NCBI GenBank assembly: GCA_038087875.1
Contig: CM075987.1
Coordinates: 21,266,001-21,330,000 of the forward strand
Reading direction: 5' to 3'
DNA from: Malacoraja senta
Lineage: Eukaryota
DNA: 64,000 nt
The position numbers and the translations under genes are program-made. This document shows positions 35,759 to 49,162 of this stretch, one piece after another. Position 1 is the first letter of the stretch; each line of letters begins with the position of its first letter. The notes beneath the pieces are model-generated. The model was not told the DNA's origin. It ran no database searches and saw only the letters and a program-made list of their open reading frames with translations.

Positions 35759-38746
35759 GTGAGTACTGAAAAAGTAATGTTGATCAGTGCTTTTCTTCAT
35801 TAAACCCTAATAAATTCACCCAAGTAAGGCAAACTTAATAATGTAGACTGGGAAAATCACACAAATGTTAGTTTTTAATTTAATGAAATGTTCCACATTT
35901 TCTACACTGGATTTTTGTAATATATCCAATGTAAGAAATCAAGGAATCTTACATAATCAGATAAGCGGCAAGTAAAGGGAAGTTCAGGATTGGTGACGGA
36001 AGCGTTCAGCTGGGAGTATAGATTTTGAACAGGATCCCAAAGAGAATGATATAAAGTTGACTACAATTCCATAATTGAAAACTTGGATGGCTGGGGCCAT
36101 GGCTGATGATGGTAGATGGAAAGAAATAAGAATCAGAGAATTATCGGATTCAAAGAAGTTGCAAAAATACAAGGGAAATGCCGTGGCTAGATACGTGTGA
36201 GGTTCACGTTAAGGAGTCAAAAAGAAAACCCCATGTGACAAATGGTTGGTTTGGTCTGAGATATTGCCGAGGGGAGTAAATAACCAGTGAAGACAATCAT
36301 GTTGGGATGATGGTGCCAGGTTTGAAAGGAAGATCAGAAAGCAGATGACAGCATCAGCTAGCATGCACAATGAGAAGGGAAATTGGTGTGTGAGCAGTTT
36401 AGTACAAATAGGATTGTCAGAACTACTGGGTCTATATGGTGCATCTGAAGAGGACTGTGGAACTGGGAAAGTATCTCAAGGAAATTGTGGGTTCAGGGTT
36501 GGGCTAGAGAACAATTATGGGGAAAGTTTAGCTTGGTGGATAGGTAGAATACGGAAGGAACAGAATAATTATTTTGCCCTTAGTTTAAAGAAAGATAATG
36601 AACTGTTTGCCAGGCAACACAAATTGATCTAAAGAGGTGCATTGGGAGTTAAAACAAAATAGATTATCTGATTTTTCCAATTGAGTTGTGATATTATACT
36701 TGTTTCCAGAAGGCTGTTATCTACTGTGATGTTCATCGAAGGGTTTCGGCCCGAAACGTTACCTATTTCCTTCGCTCCATAGATGCTGCTGCACCCGCTG
36801 AGTTTCTCCAGCATTTTTGTGTACCATTGGTTTTAAATGGTTGCTGTTAGTCTAATTACTCCCATGCTGTATTTTTAACAAGATTATTATCTATCAAATT
36901 ATGGGTTTGGCATCAATTATGATAACTCAAACTTTCTGCATATAAAGAGTTTGTTCTGATCTCATATGTACAAGTCCATTGCACACATCTGCTCTCAGAT
37001 TTGTTCATTGAATTTAGCAATTAAAGAATAGTAGAATAATAGATTGTAAAAGGGCTGGTGTTATAATGAGCAATCATTTGGGGGGAAGAAGGGAGCAGAT
37101 AGGTATACTGTCTGGGTATAAATAAGAAATGCATTTTGTGTGCATGGATTGATAGGTGGTTTATTATTCTCACTATGTTAATGTGCAAAATAGGAAAACT
37201 CATTAAAAGTACAGTGTGAAGCCTTCGGTGTCTCATCCCCATTTCAACATGTTGAAACCATTTTTTAAAAATCCTTTTTCTCCTCGCAACTTTTTTTCGG
37301 AGCTTCTTGGTTTAAATTACGATAGCATCCACTGACAGGATAGAGATGCCCATCTGCCTTCTCCAATTACTGTATTCATCTAAATTGTTTCAGTAATTGG
37401 ACTAAATTGTTTGGACTAATCTGCAAATAGAACCAGAGATATCCTATCCTAAATGCCTTTATGTAAGTCCGGATGCATCTCTTTCTGTGATAAACATTAC
37501 CATTCCTCTGCCATTTTTCAAACTTCACTATCTTGCATGAAAATGACAAGGGTGATGTCTCCCTGAAAATATTGTCAATTTAGGAATAATCAGTCATTTC
37601 ATTCCTCGGGCCTGTACCCTGCCATTGAGCTGGATTGTGATTGAACTTTCATTTCACTCCATTTTTCATCTTTTATTTTATCCTCCAATACCTGATTTTA
37701 AAAATCTGGCAGTCCCTAATGTGAAAATTTCAATGGAGCTCCACCGTCCACCATTTCCCTGGGGGAACAAATTTCAGATGTGAAGATGCTAGTGAATTGA
37801 AATTCCCTGATAGCATTAATACGATCTTTTGTTCAAGATATTTCCACGAGAAGAAATAGTCACTGCAATTACTATCACATCTTCATTAAAACAAAATATC
37901 TTGAGTATGTTACCGTTCAACTTTCTAAACTCGAGAATACAGATGAACTTTGTCCATAGTCTCATATTTTAACCATTTCAGGCACAACGTCAAAGCTCCA
38001 TCTTTGTCTTTTGCCTTTATAAATCATTCTTCGAATCCCAAATTTATCCAATTAGTTTTTTATAGAATACTATTTCAGATTGGAAAGCTGGCCAGAGAAA
38101 GTAATTCGACCCGAAACGTCACCTATTCCTTCGCTCCATAGATGCTGCCTCACTCACTGAGTTTCTCCAGCATTTTTGTCTACCGTTGATTTAATTATCG
38201 CTTTTGACCCCTCAAACATGGAGTTCATACACCAAACAGCAGAACCTTTAAAAACAAGTTTAAATGGGACATGTTTTTCCAAAGTTCAGTCTTTTCCATT
38301 CAATTTAAAAAATATATAGATTGCCTATTAAGTTATTTAGAATCAGTTGATTACAAACAATAGATTCCAGTTCTGATTGTCATTCTCCTGTTGCTCAGCC
38401 TACCCTAAGTGCCTAGTTATATCTAGTGCAGATTACTAAATTGGTTCTTGTACCAAAACAATATGTATCCATAAAATAATTGTGACTTTCCATTATAATA
38501 CCATGAAAACCTTTCACTATGCACCTCCATTTATCTCTGAATCTGGAAGTTGATTTATTTTTATGTGTAGCCTTAATTCATAATGCTGATTGTGCCAATT
38601 TTCTGTTAATTGTTATACAGTAAATTTTCATTTTTTAAAGTAAATATTGTGTGCAATTCCGTGTTTACTTTTGATTTGTGTGCTTTTATGATTAGGGCAC
38701 ATTCAATGTAACTTAGTGATCGTCTTGGTTCCCCTCTCCTCCACAG

Positions 38747-38868
38747 GCCAGGAATATGTGGTCCCTGTGACAGGTTTCCTCTGCAAGCTGTGTCATAAAT
38801 TCTACCATTCTGAGTCCACTGCCAGATTTACCCACTGCAAGTCACTGATGCATTTTCAGAACTTTCAG
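38747..38868 (+). CDS. CIZ1: CIZ1 coding exon 14 (matrin-type/MH3 zinc finger)
   Basis: QEYVVPVTGFLCKLCHKFYHSESTARFTHCKSLMHFQNFQ resembles human VDFLVPVMGYICRICHKFYHSNSGAQLSHCKSLGHFENLQ. Confidence 0.95.
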
Positions 38869-41643
38869 GTTAGATGGTTATTCCATTTAGTGGCCAATAT
38901 TTCATTTTCTTTCCCTCCTCGCTATCTTTATCATCTCTCAACCCACCTAATTTCTTTACCTTTCTTTTCTATCCTCTTTTTTAACCCACCTTTCTTCTTG
39001 CTACCACCCTTTCTCACCCCCAGCCATAATCCATCCACCCCCCACCCCCCTTCCTTCCTGGGCCCTTTCTCCAGGGCCTCTCTCTTTCTGTGCTTTCCAA
39101 TTATGGTGTTTAGCATAGTCTCAGGCTTGCTTTAAAATCCCTTCACTTCTACCAAATGTACTTCTGTTTAATGTAAGCAACTAAAATGTTCCCAGTTTAA
39201 GAAAATGTATCTGAATTATTTAATCTCCCTGGGGTGCTGTTCGATCGAGCATTTAAGCATCCATGTTGTGTTGGTGAAAATGTACCATGCAGTTTTAAGT
39301 TTTGTCCTATTCAACATACCTCTCTTTAACTGGTCAAAATGAGAATGAAGTGGTTTATATTTGGAAAATCAATCATTTTAATAGCTCCAAACTAGATGGG
39401 AATACCATGTTTGTGAACTTTGTTCCATTGATTTAAATTAAAGAATTTTATAGACATGATTCACCAGAAAAAAAACAGTTGAAAATTTGTAATTGAGGTA
39501 GTGCCATCCAGAGATGCTGTGGAATCAGGAATGTGGGAAAGGACACGGGCATTGAGGTACATTGTTTGGCAAACTAGGTTAGCTTTGCATCTATCCTTTT
39601 GCTAGATCTGGATGCGTTTCATGTTGTTACCGATTCCTCAATACAAAATGCTAATGACGAGGTATTGATAATGTATCCTCGTGAAGGAAAATTGGAGCAA
39701 GTCTGTGACCTGTTAAGCATTAATTTTCTATTGAGCTTTGAAGGTTTAAATTATGGCTACTGTGCTATTTGTTTTACATTTGAAGTAATGTATAATGGCA
39801 GTCCAATTGTCATCTTATGTTGTTTCTCATTTATTTGAATCCTCTTCACTAATTTGTAGTCTGTCACCATGCAGTTATTGTTTGCTGGACTACAAGCTGC
39901 TTGCTTTACCTACTAATTCTTGGGGTTTCACATTTCTCTTTTCCGTCTTAATATTGCAGCAATGTTTCTTGGCGTGTTAATTGTTCTATAGAAAGTAATT
40001 GGGCAAAAAGTTTTGTTGTCACTTTTGTAGTTCAATTTCGAGCTGACTTCCTCCTTTAGTACCACGCTAGCCCAAGCACAAAATGAGGGAACAACTCCAC
40101 GCATTATTAGGGATTTGAATGTACCAGTCCCCACCTCCAACGCATAAGCATGTGATGCATTTATGAGTTTAAGGAGAAGCAGCAAAAGATGTCGTCTTCA
40201 CACATTTGACCATGCACCGTTTTTCCAATTATGCGACTTAATGTCATTGAATTATTCAAGTAACTGTTAAAATTTGCAGCTGTACAGCTTCGTACTTTTG
40301 TTGCATCTAATCCATTCCAAGCAACAAAAAAAATCCAATATAATTACATTTAGTTAGTGCAGTTCCACACTGTGCAGCATCTTTTACATTTACATACACC
40401 TTTGTGACTGGTATTTTTTAAATAATGTTTTAAACGTGCCATGGGTTTGCTTTCACAGTGTAAATTTTGCGTTAAACCCCGAACAAAAATCTCCAGCATT
40501 TTCAGATCTCCAATTGCATAATTTGGATACCATCTTATGTTGCAACAAGCCATTGGTGCTGGTGTTGCTGTCAGCATTTCGATGGCATTATGCTATTCGT
40601 GTCCACTCTGTTCGCCCAGTCCTTTGGTAACTGGTGATTTTTCAGGAGTATATGTTAGGATGCCTAGAAGGCTGGAAGGAGTACTCTTTAGACTAGATTA
40701 TCAAACAACCTAACACACAGGAAGTTACATTGCTCTGTATTTTAAGTAAATGTATCATGAATTGTTTCCTATGCAACTAATATTTGGTGTTTCGGAACAA
40801 ATTCCTAATAGATCCAAAATGCACTTTGAGAATTTCCCTGAAGTATTGGTAAAGTGGTTCCCATTTGTCAGGTGAAATAGGTCAGTGGTAGGTGAAATAT
40901 GTTTTAAATTACTTTATATGATCACTCAATTGTTCCAATGGCAACTTCTCCGGTAGAGATCATCTCCTCCTGTTGAATTCATCTACTCCCACGGAGGTAC
41001 GCATAACAGAAAATCCATATTTCTGTCAGTATACAGTTGACAAAAGTTAGAACAGAGAAGCAAGTTTTAAAGAGCATCTTGAATTAGAAGATAAACTTCG
41101 GATCTGGGTGGCAAGAAGGACATTGCAAGGATTAAAACTGCAAGATGCCAATATGAGTGAAGTGACGAGATCTTAGAGGATTTGGGATAGTACCCCTGTT
41201 ACATGGGTTGTTTGAGGACTTGGAGGGATGTGAAAACCCTTAAGAGGATTTAAATAAATTTGGAATGAACAAACAGGTGATTATTTGGAATGAACAAACA
41301 GGTGTAGCGATAGCATTGAGGTTCATCATGTAACAGGTCATTGACTTATTAGGAGTGGGGTTGTTTTACATATTGTAAATTCTTTGTGCTGAGTAAGTTG
41401 TTCAGCATCAATATAATTCCCAGTAAAATGGGGGGGGAAATTGGACAGTGAGAAATATTTATAACAATTGTATGACATCAGTTACAAGATGACAAAGATT
41501 TAGAAGGTGGTCACTTCACAACATTCTTAAGCAGGAAAAAACAAAGCATTGGATCTTGAAGAGGAAGTATTAATGCTATTTGTTCGCAGTAATCTGAGAT
41601 TTGAGCCTTTGTCAGTTTTTTCCTGATTTCTTTGTTGATACAG

Positions 41644-42609
41644 GGTTACAAAGCACAAAGAGCCCAGGATTATTTATCAGTATCTTATCAAGACCCAGCG
41701 GCTTCTGTGGTGGACAGCCTTGGTTCAACAGATGATCAAATACCAGCAAGTGGGAACCAAGCGGAGGAAGACCTAAAATCTGCAAACATCACTGGCAACG
41801 ATCCTGAAATGGAAGTGGCAAGTTGTGAAGCGGAAACTGCTATACCTACAGATGACGATATCATTCCCAATGCAGCCGATGGTAACAATATAGACAGTTG
41901 TTCCCCTTTGCAGAAGCTCCAGCCTGAAAATCCAGATGGCAGTGATCAAGGTGATACAGTCATTGGCGATATGCCTGATGTGATGTTTGATAGCAACTTA
42001 ACAGACAGCCCGTGTACAAAGAACGAAATGCCAAGTGGCAAAGTGGAGGGAAAGCAGGAACCCGGCTCTGACAAATGTGAGTCGAGTTGTGAAGCTGAAA
42101 CTGCTACACCTTCAGATGACGGTATCATTCCCAATGCAGCCGATCGTAACAATATAGATAGTTGTTCCCCTTTGCAGAAGCTCCAGCCTGAGAATCCAGA
42201 TGGCAGTGATCAAGGTGCTGATGTGAAGTTTGATAGCAACTTAACAGACAGCCCGTGTACAAAGAACGAAATGCCAAGTGGCAAAGTGGAGGGGAAGCAG
42301 GAACCCAGCTCTGACAAATGTGAGTCGAGCTCTATTGTGGGCAGTGAGGTGGCAGATGAAGAGCAGGATGGGAATGAGGAATGTGACCTGGGCTCCTCCA
42401 AGGCCGAGGAGCCCAGTGAGACGGAGGATGGTGAAGACGAGCACCTGACTGATAGCTGCCTGGCACAGAAGGAGGGCGAAGAGACAAATGTCAAAGGCAA
42501 AGAAAATGAGCTAGGTGAGGAGGATAGGCCTGTGGAACGCAAAATTCCCAGAACAAGATCTGGCAGGGCAGTGCGTGGTCGTCGTCCCGCTTTGAGGCGG
42601 AAGAAGTAA
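41644..42609 (+). CDS. CIZ1: CIZ1 last coding exon (321 aa, acidic, internal duplication, basic C-terminus)
   Basis: TTTCTTTGTTGATACAG|GGT; starts GYKAQR (human KYKAAK); open to TAA 42607-42609; ends RTRSGRAVRGRRPALRRKK. Confidence 0.85.
   Translation, partial: GYKAQRAQDYLSVSYQDPAASVVDSLGSTDDQIPASGNQAEEDLKSANITGNDPEMEVASCEAETAIPTDDDIIPNAADGNNIDSCSPLQKLQPENPDGSDQGDTVIGDMPDVMFDSNLTDSPCTKNEMPSGKVEGKQEPGSDKCESSCEAETATPSDDGIIPNAADRNNIDSCSPLQKLQPENPDGSDQGADVKFDSNLTDSPCTKNEMPSGKVEGKQEPSSDKCESSSIVGSEVADEEQDGNEECDLGSSKAEEPSETEDGEDEHLTDSCLAQKEGEETNVKGKENELGEEDRPVERKIPRTRSGRAVRGRRPALRRKK
41821..42327 (+). repeat. In-frame tandem duplication (264 + 243 nt) in the CIZ1 last exon
   Basis: Two near-identical SCEAETA...SDKCES units; the second is 21 nt shorter. 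Confidence 0.92.
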
Positions 42610-43685
42610 TTTATTTTTGTGGGGGGTTAATTGTACACCACTGGGCTAAATTTCACCGCCTGCAGTGTATAAAATACTTCTGCCAACATTTTAAATTCAC
42701 AGTGGGTTGGTCACCCATCAATGGTTATATATTTCCCTTTCTCAGTGAGGGAAGAATCATGTGTAAGTCCATTGCTGGTTGTGACTGTAAAATCTCAATG
42801 CAGTATCCATTCAGAAATATTTTCCATCCTGTTATGGAATTAGAGATGACCGCAGTGCTCCAAAGATTTTACCATTGCATCTTAAGAATATTTGTCTTCA
42901 GTGTTTTTATTTTAAGGTGTCATTACAGACTTTATTTACTGTGGTTGAATTATACCATTTGATCAACCATTGCTCTTCATGGCTGATGAGTCAAGCTTGG
43001 GTAAACGGAATGAATGATCAGTTGTAGGCTTGAGACCCTTGCTTACTTTAAAAAAAAATGTTTCCTTTCAAATTGGCAAGCGATTGTGAAGTTGATGTTG
43101 TTGAGTAGACTGTAATTACTCCAACTAGGATACCTTTGCTTTGTGATCATCATATGCAACTTGTATCACTGAATGCAAAGTACAATATCAAACCAATTCC
43201 CAGTACCATGATAAATCTACTTTTAAACAGTATGTGCACCTCACTTGGTACAAAGTAGACAACTTGCTGTGCAATGCAAGATTAATTGCATGTTGTGTGA
43301 ACTGCATACTTACATACGGACATACCTCACCTAGGTAGTCATGCAAATTCTAACAATCTGCCCTCTTGAAGCATTGAGAGAAGGGTTATTGGCCAATGAT
43401 CCAGAAAAGAGAATTCCAGTTACAGTGGTTAATATGGAGCAACTTGATAGATGCTGTTTTTAGCCTCAGTTATCAAGTTCAGGTTCTTTGCACATGCAAA
43501 TAGATTAAAGTCAAGCATGTATGGGGATAATTTCTGATGTATTCCCAACAAACCTTCCAAATCGCTTTTCAAAGCACCTTTTCGTGATGAGCAATTTTAT
43601 CAAGTCACGTTTAGTTCTCATGTTAGCATACAAGACTATTCTTGATATTGATGCCAATATAAAATTGATAACATCATTCAACTGA

Positions 43686-43691
43686 AATAAA
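43686..43691 (+). terminator. Candidate CIZ1 polyadenylation signal
   Basis: First AATAAA I found downstream of the stop codon, about 1.1 kb away; position only, no transcript data. Confidence 0.35.
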
Positions 43692-46600
43692 ATGTTCACT
43701 TTTAAACAAAAACACAAGCAATGAGACTAGGTGTGTTCCAGCATCTGTAATGCAAGGAACAGTACAAGGTTATTTAGCTCCTCCAGCTTGTCTGCTGATC
43801 AATGAAAATATGGATTATCTGTTAATACCATGTCCTATAACTCCTTCGAAGAAAAGAGTCTTACATTTTTGGATTCAAAGTTGGTAGTTGATCTAGCAGT
43901 AGGGCCTCAAATCTTTATCATCCCATGAGTGTTGAAGTTTTTACATGATCACTGATAATAGTTTTTTGAAATCTTCCCTACTTTTCAAGCCTAACCAGTG
44001 GAAAAAAAAGTTCCCCTCTTCTGTTACTCCCCCTCCCACACCATGGCACCTCTGTGTAATTCACCAGTATCTTGAAACGGTAGTCAAATCCGTGCTTAAC
44101 CTAGGTTTCCCAGGAAATTCAATCTTATTTTGTGTGATCTCCAATCATTCAATTTGCAACTTCCTCCATATGTTTCTCTTCAACCATTGTGGTCATAGAA
44201 TTTCCATTGTGTTACTTTATTTTCTGAACCCTGCCAAGTTTTTTCTCCTACTTTAAAGCTATTTTCAACATTGTTATTCTAAGACAGACAAATTGAACAG
44301 GTGAAATGGAAAGTGTGTTTGACTGTCGTTGATGCTGTTTTCGACCTACAATTCAAGTACTAGTCTGCTGCATCGTCTTCATGATAGATCGCATAGCCAT
44401 ATATGAGCATATTTTTGACATTCATATCATATATTGGTTATTTCAGAATTAATGATCACATTGCTCGCTCCACATGCATTGCGCTGTCCCTACTTACAAG
44501 GGAAAAAATCTGACTTTCTGTAAAGCCAAAATCCAGAATTACTTTAATAATGTCTGAAAAAAATCAATAAGTCTGTGGGTTTATTTTTCTTCCAATTTGA
44601 TGGACCAAACTTAAAATTTAAACCCAGCTATTTATGATGGGAATTTATTCAAATGAGCCAGAGTTTCCCATTAAATCTTTGTTCCATTTCTTGGGTGATG
44701 TGGTCCTTCGTTCTTGGAGATCCACTTGTGGAATAATATAACCGAAGAAAGACAAAAATGTGAAATGGTAAATATACCAAAACTGGGTTTGGTTCCTTCG
44801 TCATATAGTACATCTCTCAATGAAATTCTGCCGAATTGAGTCTCCCCATTTACTGCTGTCTCATTTAATCTATTTGGGTGAAATACTGCAGTCCAGGAGG
44901 CGAAAATCCCCTGTCTCATATGCACCCATGAAGATAATGATCTGTAAAATACAAAATTAATGTTTTTTTTATTTTTTAATTCTCTAAAAATGTGACATTT
45001 GATATGTAGCAAATTAATTTTGGATGGACAGTCATGTATTTAGGGTAATGGCGCATTAAAAGGGTAACTTTTTTTGAGGTAGATTTCCCTTTAAACGTTG
45101 AATTTTTGTTATAAACGTTGCTGTTTGTGAGTACTGTCATTTTTCTTAGTGAAAATGCTGTTTCTGGCATAGTTTGAAAACCATGTTTAAGTTGGTGGTT
45201 GAATAGCTTGCTCTTAGGTTTCAGGAATAAAATTTCAGGAACAAAGTTTCAGCCATACCTGTTTCAAATGATCTGTTAAATACATGGCAACTTTGGTTTT
45301 TCTACTTAAGTCCTTGACTTGTCGATTTTTAAATTTGTATTGCATCTGCACCAAAATGCAAGTTTTAGTGTACAGTCGCACCAGCAGCATCTCCCCCCTC
45401 CCAACCTCATTTGATTTCAATCACTCTCATCTGGTGTTTCGACCAATACCTAGCCAGAAGCTTTATGTATAATTGTCTATTAGAATTATATACATTGTTT
45501 TGATGTCTGAGCAAATGGTCACTTACCCAAAATATAATCACCTCATCCAGGTTCAAAGGGAGCTAATATTTGCATAACTATGGCCAGGGTTTCTTTCGTA
45601 ATCTCCTCTGATTAGTTTAATTTGTATTCTTTGCATTGGTAAGAACCAGGAACTTTTGTTTTCTGAACAGAATGCTAGGAAAACACTAAAGTACAAGCAC
45701 GCATTCAATATTGTCATTAGCCTTTTTTTCTCCTGGCGTAGGAAGTTGGTACTCTTTAAAATATTAAAAAAATAAGTAAAGGAGCAGTAATGGTCCAAAA
45801 TCAAAAGGCTATAAATGGAAGTTTTGGGATTAATGAGGGGAAAATAACCTTGTTTGCTATTAGCCATGCGTTTATGTAAAGGAAATCAGTCGTCATAAAG
45901 TCATATCAATGACTAGAACAGCCATTCACACCAATATACATGTTTCCTAAATGCCCAAATAGATGGATATTATTAATATAAACAAATTCAGAACAAATTA
46001 GTTTATTGCAGATTCAAACTCGATTCATTTCAAAGCAGTTTTAATGCCTTTTCCAATTTGGGGAGACTTCAAACACTTAGTCCTTTTCAACCTACGCCAT
46101 TAGATTCAAATTTCTTTCAAATTTCTTTCCCATCCTCCAAAAGGTAGATATTCTTTTAGTTTACAGTTAAAATCAGGTGCTGACATGTTGCTCTAGCTCC
46201 ACGCCCATCACCTAAATATTCTCCCTGTATGCTCAGCATCGGTGAAGCAGTTATTTAATAGAATTGAATGCAAAATTAAATTAATTAAAAATAATTGTAT
46301 TATATTGTTAACATCGTTTTCCCAAAAATTAAAAATCATCTTGCCTGGGTTCCAAGAGAAGAGAATATTTGTGAGAGGCTAAAATTGGCATCTGTGGCCA
46401 AAGTTATTTTTTTTAACAATCTCTTCTCATTGGTAATCTGCAAATCTCACAATGGTATTTATTTGAATAGCCTGCTCAGGAAACACCAGTGAAATAACAC
46501 TTAGAATGAATGTACATGTTATATAAAGTGTCTTGCTTAATTTAGAGAAGTGGACATTCATCTTTCCCAGTCATTCTGCATGTTAGATATACAATACCTA

Positions 46601-47885
46601 TATTTTCAGGTTACTGCAGGAATCATTTCCAAACTTTATACAAATGTTTTGCCATTACTTGGGTACCAACTAACATACCCAATTGCCTGGATTGTTCCCT
46701 GCCTAATTTTGAAATCTTGCACTACAGTGAAACTGAAATAACACTGAATACTCCATCAGCAAGTTGAATTACTATTGGTGCGGGTAGTACTAAATTATTC
46801 ATTTGTGTGATTAATATAACTTTCAAAGCAGTTAATAACATTTTATTTCCATTTAACTAATTCTTGAGCCAGTGTAAAAGATTTTAGCTTTTTAAATCAG
46901 CAGCTTATTCCATTTAAATAAGTGAAGCAGAGCCTTGCAAGATGTTCTTTTAATTTTCCTTCATCATCCATGTTCTACAAGACGGCCAATGGAATGGTAT
47001 GGCTTTAACTGGATTACAGAACCATTTAATTTTTCAAAAAAAGCACAGAGCTCTATACTAGCCATTCCTAAGTAACAGATGCACTGAAAAACAACAATAA
47101 AAACAAAATACATTTGTTTCTGGCAGCAAACACTCGGACGAGGGGGAGAAGTGTGGAAGCTGGGAATGTTTGAGTTAGAGAACACTTTCAAATTATCTTT
47201 GAAAATAGTCAAGAGATTAAAAGATAAAACAAATGATTAGCATAATAAGGGTACCACTCTTGATTTAGCAGCAGGAAGATTAGACATTTTAGAGTGACGT
47301 TTATTACAGAATCTGGCGAATGGACGGAGTTGACAGAAGGCTAACCAGTAAATTAAAGGGAAAATTGAATTGTCTTGAAAAACATGAATTCAAAATTATG
47401 AAAATGATTGTGGGATTTGTTTACTTTGAAGATTAACTGGGCAAGCTTACAAAAAACTAGTAGCCTTTCAGTCCTGTCCAAGTACTGTTGCATAAAAAAC
47501 AAACATCAAGGTGTTCCATTTGAAATATAAATGTGTTCTTATCCAGCAAAAGTTATGATTAGAAGATGCAGTACTGGTTCCTTGAAGAGATGAATGGGGA
47601 ATTACACAATTAAAACCGGCAAGAAAAATAGATGGAGTAATAAAGAACTGCAGGTGCTGGTTTCCAAAAACCAACTAAGCGCTGGAGTAACTCAGCCGGT
47701 CAGGCAGCATCACTGAAGGACACGGGTGATGTTTTGAGTCGGGACCCTTAAGAAAAAGGAAGCTACATTGTCAAAAGATATCAATGGAGCAAGACTGATG
47801 AAAATTGTTAACGTGCATCACAGGAAACTTGTGCAATAGTTACAATCAACAGAATTATTACAACTTAATAGAAAAATGATCTCCG

Positions 47886-48076
47886 TCAAGCCTTCTGGTT
47901 CTTGGATTCTATTGAAAGGACTGTTGCATCAATTTGTTGCTGCCTAAATTCCATCCTTGCTTGGCGATTTGACTCCAACAGTTCTTGAAATTTAGCATTT
48001 AGTACATCGTTCTTCTCCTCAAGGTTATCCAAGCAAGAGTTGATCTGATCAAGCATCAAGTTGAGTGTATCATATT
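47886..48076 (-). CDS. BBLN: Bublin coiled-coil protein (C9orf16), coding exon 2
   Basis: EYDTLNLMLDQINSCLDNLEEKNDVLNAKFQELLESNRQARMEF resembles human EYAAINSMLDQINSCLDHLEEKNDHLHARLQELLESNRQTRLEF; acceptor TTTGACAG|; TGA stop. Confidence 0.95.
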
Positions 48077-49162
48077 CTGTCAAAGATGGACAGAGGTGAG
48101 GAATACATCTTTAATTACAGACTGAATTAGACACAACAGAAATAACAAAAGTACAACATTGAGTCACATTTGCAGACAATTAATTACTTTTGGCAGGTAG
48201 TCCATTATAATATAAGATTTGCAAACAAGGGTTTTCACATGACTGAGAGACGATTGCAATGAAGTGTTTTCTTGGGATACTCACTGGGGGATGACCGATT
48301 AAAACACCTGAAAGAATACACGCATTTTCAATAATATGAGAAATTACATCCACTGTGGAGGGAAGACATGCCTGTTTGGAACAGTTCTTATTGCAAATGT
48401 ACTCTGGCACCATCCATCAACTCTCTCTGCTGCATCGACTACATTGGGGTTGCCTCGTGCAGAACACGTTGATTTCATTAACTTTACAACCTGCCATCAA
48501 ACTCACTCGGACTATTCTTTCTTGGTCTCTCTATTACAAACTCATCAACTAGTTATCGGAAGGAAACCACCTCCCATCCTTCCTCTTGCAAAGACGCTAT
48601 CCTCTACTCTAAATTTCTCTGTCTCCTCTGCATCTGCTCACAAGATGAAACTTTCCATTCTAGGACATCCAAGATCTTTATAAACATGGTCTCTTTGCAA
48701 CCCCACCCCCCATTGCCGTAGATGGATCCCTCCTCACCTGTATCCTGTTATTCTGCACTCGTGCCCCACTGCCCAGATCGTGCAAGGAGGGTTTCACTGA
48801 AACTTACATTTTACCCCATCATGCCCCCCGCATCCAACACCTCATTCTCTGCATTTCCGCCGCCTGCTATGTGATCTCACCACCAGTCATATCTTCCTAT
48901 CACCACCCCTTTCTGCCTTCCACAGAGACCGCTTCCTCCGAAACTCCTTGGTTCACTCATCCCTTCCCACCCAAATTGCCCCCTCCCCTGGTACTTTCCC
49001 CTGCAACTGCGGTAGATGCAACACCTATCCTTGTACTTCCTTCCTCATATCCATCCAGGGACCCTAGCAGTCCTTCCAGGTGAAACAGATATTCATGTGC
49101 AACTCCTTTAATCTTATCTACCTCCGGCGAGACCAAGTGAAGACTTGGTGACGTCTTGGTCA

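Noticed and set aside
41946-42542. Antisense ORFs over the CIZ1 last exon
   Set aside because: Shadow frames of the sense coding sequence.
42980-43040. CTGATGAG hairpin in the CIZ1 3'UTR as a hammerhead or SECIS
   Set aside because: No GAAA after the stem for a hammerhead; the SECIS quartet and helix I do not form, and CIZ1 has no in-frame TGA.
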